Below, one piece after another: positions 27,201-64,000 of a DNA stretch of 64,000 nt. The stretch covers positions 14,566,587-14,630,586 of the forward strand of contig CM120648.1 of the NCBI GenBank assembly GCA_051362555.1, written 5' to 3'. How positions within the stretch are numbered: position 1 is the stretch's first letter; every line of letters starts with the position of its first letter. The notes under the pieces are model-generated. The model saw only the letters and a list, made by a program, of their open reading frames with translations. It was not told where the DNA came from and ran no database searches. The position numbers and the translations under genes are program-made. The DNA is from Lingula anatina (lineage: Eukaryota > Animalia > Brachiopoda).

Positions 27201-27805
27201 CACCTGGCGTGATCTTAGTATCTGTTAAAGGTGTTAAACAAAACAGGTGCCCTCCAACATGATATAACTTGAATCCTGATCCTCTGATCACATATCCCTC
27301 TGGGTATGGCCACTGTTTATTCTGTAGCATGAACACCATGTAAAAATAAATGGACCACGTCCCAGTAGCAGTTATGGTAGCTTCACCTTCATTGGTCAGT
27401 GTCACCTGCACCTTGTGAATTGCCTTATCAATGTCATCTATGGTCCCAGTATTGTCCACCACTTCATAGTACACATCAAGGTTGTTGGAAATGTATCTGA
27501 GCATTTCTTCTGTGCTTCCTGGTGGGATATCTGGTTCTACTCCTGACAGAGAGCAAATAAAGATAAAAATAAACTTTAACATAAATATCTGTTTACAACA
27601 GACTCTATTCAGTACTCAGTGCTTACAATAATGTGTATGCAGTATTCCCCTCCCACGTACCCTACAACTCTAATTTTTAAAGTTGATATCAAAATTAACT
27701 GATGTGATGACTGATCAATTGTCTTGTGAATATATATATTAGTTTCAAAATGTACTAACTAATTCTATTTTTAAAAGATATACTCACAGCTCTCACACAT
27801 CTCCC

Positions 27806-27837
<32 letters not shown>

Positions 27838-28094
27838 ACATAAAGTGACAAGAAGACCGCAAACAAACCTTTATTCTGCGTTTCTTCTGGTTGATGGTGC
27901 ATCGCGCCTCCCCCTTCTTGACTACTAGCCGATGCGATGTGTGTTTTTACTTCGTCCTCCCCGCGGGATATACCTGAAATTTTGTATAGGATATAAATAA
28001 CCACAACTGCTGCACATATTTGGAACGCTCTGTTTGGACCGCAGCGGAGAGATGGAGGAAGAAGTCGACAAATCCGTAATAAATAAGGCGACAT
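18193..28094 (-). CDS. Beta-N-acetylhexosaminidase, GH20, chitobiase-type (CHB_HEX, GH20b, GH20 catalytic, C-terminal domain); 11 coding exons
   Basis: Phase-consistent exons 28094-27869, 27542-27134, 26928-26624, 26244-25799, 25153-24898, 24544-24263, 22967-22798, 22389-22155, 20587-20335, 18921-18754, 18265-18193; motifs DAPRFIHRGLMLDVARNF, HLHLSDDEGWR, IPEIDLPGH, HIGGDE, LWSE, PRAIALAERAW. Confidence 0.93.
18754..18921 (-). CDS. GH20 hexosaminidase exon 10
   Basis: LYANCAFPGLQIVY..WIPYSEPV; phase 2/2. Confidence 0.85.
18893..19388. repeat. 49-bp tandem array (5 units) spanning the exon-10 acceptor, interrupted by a transposon
   Basis: AATTGGCATAGAGTTTGCCTGACATTACCCTACAAATATAATAATAATT at 18893, 18942, 18991, 19293, 19342. 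Confidence 0.95.
19036..19291 (-). mobile_element. Short Helentron-type (HINE-like) element, family B
   Basis: Minus strand TTACCTCCGCCAAGGAGGTTATGTTTTCACCCCTGTTTGTCTG, then (TTTG)n; homologue at 43848-44084. Confidence 0.75.
19429..19597 (-). mobile_element. MITE, CAGGGGCGGAT family, copy 2
   Basis: Reverse complement of 739-906; flanks ATGAT/TTGAT. Confidence 0.8.
19730..19840 (-). repeat. Isolated fragment of the ~336-bp repeat found at 42020-43570
   Basis: AAAATGTGACTAGCAAAGG..TTCAAAGTCACACCTTGAAAATGCCAA is the reverse complement of that unit. Confidence 0.7.
20335..20587 (-). CDS. GH20 hexosaminidase exon 9
   Basis: GMEACLWSETVR..YRLPPPG. Confidence 0.93.
20840..21263. repeat. C-rich ~36-45 bp minisatellite
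   Basis: CCCCAGGGATCATCCATCCCCAAGTACAGGCCCAC repeated about 11 times with variable C-runs. Confidence 0.92.
22155..22389 (-). CDS. GH20 hexosaminidase exon 8
   Basis: ATHLYFDHAYEPDPEERGFYWATR. Confidence 0.93.
22798..22967 (-). CDS. GH20 hexosaminidase exon 7
   Basis: WDDG..WEWG..ANAGYE. Confidence 0.92.
23255..23857. repeat. 55-bp minisatellite, about 11 units
   Basis: TTATTATAAAGTACAGTTATTGTGGTGGGGACAGGTAGGGGTATTTCTGTAGTAC. Confidence 0.95.
24263..24544 (-). CDS. GH20 hexosaminidase exon 6 (catalytic HIGGDE)
   Basis: EFRLRDP..HIGGDEVP. Confidence 0.93.
24898..25153 (-). CDS. GH20 hexosaminidase exon 5
   Basis: IGGRRRHDL..IPEIDLPGHA; probable GC donor. Confidence 0.88.
25799..26244 (-). 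CDS. GH20 hexosaminidase exon 4
   Basis: ESYSL..DAPRF..SDDEGWR..LPELTE. Confidence 0.93.
26624..26928 (-). CDS. GH20 hexosaminidase exon 3
   Basis: YVTAEG..FVAPF..VIPTP; AG/GT boundaries. Confidence 0.9.
27134..27542 (-). CDS. GH20 hexosaminidase exon 2
   Basis: CHB_HEX-like YYEVVDN..WSIYF..DVMPNW; AG/GT boundaries. Confidence 0.9.
27869..28094 (-). CDS. GH20 hexosaminidase exon 1 (start, hydrophobic anchor)
   Basis: MSPYLL...ICAAVVVIYILY...QNK, donor GTTTGT, phase 1. Confidence 0.75.
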
Positions 28095-29859
28095 CTCAGT
28101 CTTTGAAAAAGTGTTCTTTTGCAGATATCACCTCGACATAGTACGATGTTTTATCTGTTCCTCCCCAGGTAATTTATTGCAAGTGCCGTGCTGTGCAAGG
28201 TCATCCTTTCACGTTTGTACATAATGTGACCGCTAGATGGCACTAAGATCAATATGTGACTGGCCCAGAGAAGTTGGCTCTGAACACTTAAAAAATGAAA
28301 GTAAAATATAGCAACACAAAGTAACACAGATGTTTCATATTGCTGTCTTTTATTATTTGAAACACGGGAAGAACTATATGTATTTCGAGAAAAGAGACAT
28401 TTTACCAGCATATAGTTTGCCAATGCTAGTATTTGAGGAATTAAAGACCAACAGATGAAATATAAAATATTAACATTATGCTTTTTAATATGTATATAGA
28501 AAATATTCAAGATCAAATGTAGTCAAAATATAGTAAAAACAATTTTTACTTTTGTTATTGCACAATATCAGTAACTGTTCATCAAAACAAATCTGCTCTC
28601 TTTCAAAGAATATATGATTCACATATTAGATCACTAATTGGCAATTGAGATGTTCAACAAAAATCTGAGGCTGTCATTCAATCCATTTCAGTTCATTTTG
28701 CAATGCACAATATAAGGAAACTATTTTGCTTTTAACTTGATGTTGAAAAAGAAAGTGATCAGTATCATAATTGCAATTTGTAAAATATTTTTTGACAAAA
28801 ATCAGTTATTTCTTAAATGATCTGGACAAAGAAAAAATGTAATTTGGTGAAATAAGGTGTAAAATCAATCTTTTTAATTGTATTTAAAGGTATTGTATAT
28901 CCATGATATTATTTTGTCAAATTACTCTATCCAAATAAAAAAGGGGGAAAAACACTCCTTATAATTTTTTTTTTTTATAAAATCATTGCTTTGATTACCA
29001 TGCCCTGCACTTGTAATGGACGTTTTGTGTCATTCTTAGTAAAAAATGATTTAGATCTTAATCAGTAATGGTTCATTTAGACTACACTGTCTTTTTTAAT
29101 TCAAAAGAAATATAAGAACACATGTAAGTCTACATAAGCATGGCTGGTCAGTCATTTAGAAATGAATTACATAATAAAAAAACAGTATAAAACATCACAA
29201 TTGAATCATGCAGGGGACAGCTACAGGTCAAGCTTCATGAATAGGAGGAAACTGCCTATTTTTCGTTGAAGAAATAATTTGCATTAAAATTCTCATTAGG
29301 ATGCCATTTTATCAGGTGCCTGATTTATGCAAATGATGTGTGATTTATGCAAAAGAATGTAATTTATAAAAACTGATTAATGTTTGAATAATCTCAAACT
29401 GCAATTTTAAGAGGGAAATCTCCAAGGCTAAGTTTTTCATATTCAGTTAAATCCTCATTTCTTTAGGTACATGTTTGTAATTTGTTAATTTTATTCTTTG
29501 ATTAATTACAAATATGCCCATATATGGGCGGTCTGTATAGTCACATCACACCTGCAAATGTGTAGGTGCCTCTATAATATATACCTTTATATGTTATGAC
29601 AGCGGAGCGGGTATTACTTAGGGTTTTCTCTACATCAAATTTAATATTCTGATACATCTGTATTATATGCCACGGTACAAATATGATTTGCACAAATTTA
29701 CGTTATTTGCATGGCCCTAATTGACCTCTGCATTAATTGACCCTTGCAAAAATGCAATGGCAAATTAAAAATTGAGACAAACCAAATCAAAATATTGCTC
29801 TTGGCATAAATACATGCCATTTATCTATTTTAATCATATGAAGATCCCTTAATCAATTA

Positions 29860-30075
29860 ATGCCGCCGCACTGCGCATGACAAAGACGATCGTAATCACT
29901 AATGCGTGTCACTGGGGGTTGAAAGCAAACGGCGGCCATTTTCCCCCTCCCATCAATTGGAAATTGATCGATCGGACTGATTCTGTCGGATAATATGTGC
30001 CGTCAATGATCTCAAATCAAAGATAAAGAATCTGTGATTGACCTTATTCAGTTAACGATACAGAGGAGAAGAAAA
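29860..30075 (+). promoter_or_regulatory. CpG-containing proximal promoter/5'UTR of the CHD gene, in the head-to-head intergenic region
   Basis: GCACTGCGCATG (NRF1-like) near 29868; CGGCGGCCATTTT (YY1-like) at 29931; perfect TGCGCATGCGCA at 30530 in intron 1. Confidence 0.45.
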
Positions 30076-63871
<33,796 letters not shown>

Positions 63872-64000
63872 TAATTGGAGGATGAATGATTAAATTGTAA
63901 AATTAGGGATTGGCCAAGGCATGTTATTTTTTAGATTGTCAGGTATTTAAGGCAGGTACTCAAGGCCTAAATTACTTTTTACAGAATCAAATTCAGGCAG

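Noticed and set aside
18193-28094. Bacterial contamination or recent HGT of a chitobiase
   Set aside because: Ten spliceosomal introns with host-type repeats; contiguous with a metazoan CHD gene

Overview
AT-rich invertebrate (metazoan) nuclear DNA with spliceosomal introns; the taxon cannot be fixed from sequence alone. 1-14 kb is a transposon-rich intergenic stretch: MITEs, a degenerate foldback-like element, a Helentron-type element and a 5'-truncated CR1/L2-group LINE with an intact ORF2. 18.2-28.1 kb holds a complete 11-exon minus-strand GH20 beta-hexosaminidase of chitobiase-type architecture with an N-terminal hydrophobic anchor. From 30076 a head-to-head plus-strand CHD3/4/5 (Mi-2) chromatin-remodeller gene runs off the end of the window (23 constitutive exons traced, plus two candidate alternative exons). 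The introns carry satellite-bearing Helentron-type elements (HINE/DINE-like; 146, 161 and ~336 bp monomers) and a hAT-like element with a 6-bp TSD and a spliced transposase stub. The most unusual pattern: four locus-specific minisatellites sit on or against real splice sites. They amplify acceptors or donors into arrays of decoy sites, and use of any decoy reaches a stop within a few codons or shifts the frame. Exon boundaries were read by eye (GT/AG plus phase continuity); no expression data were available.
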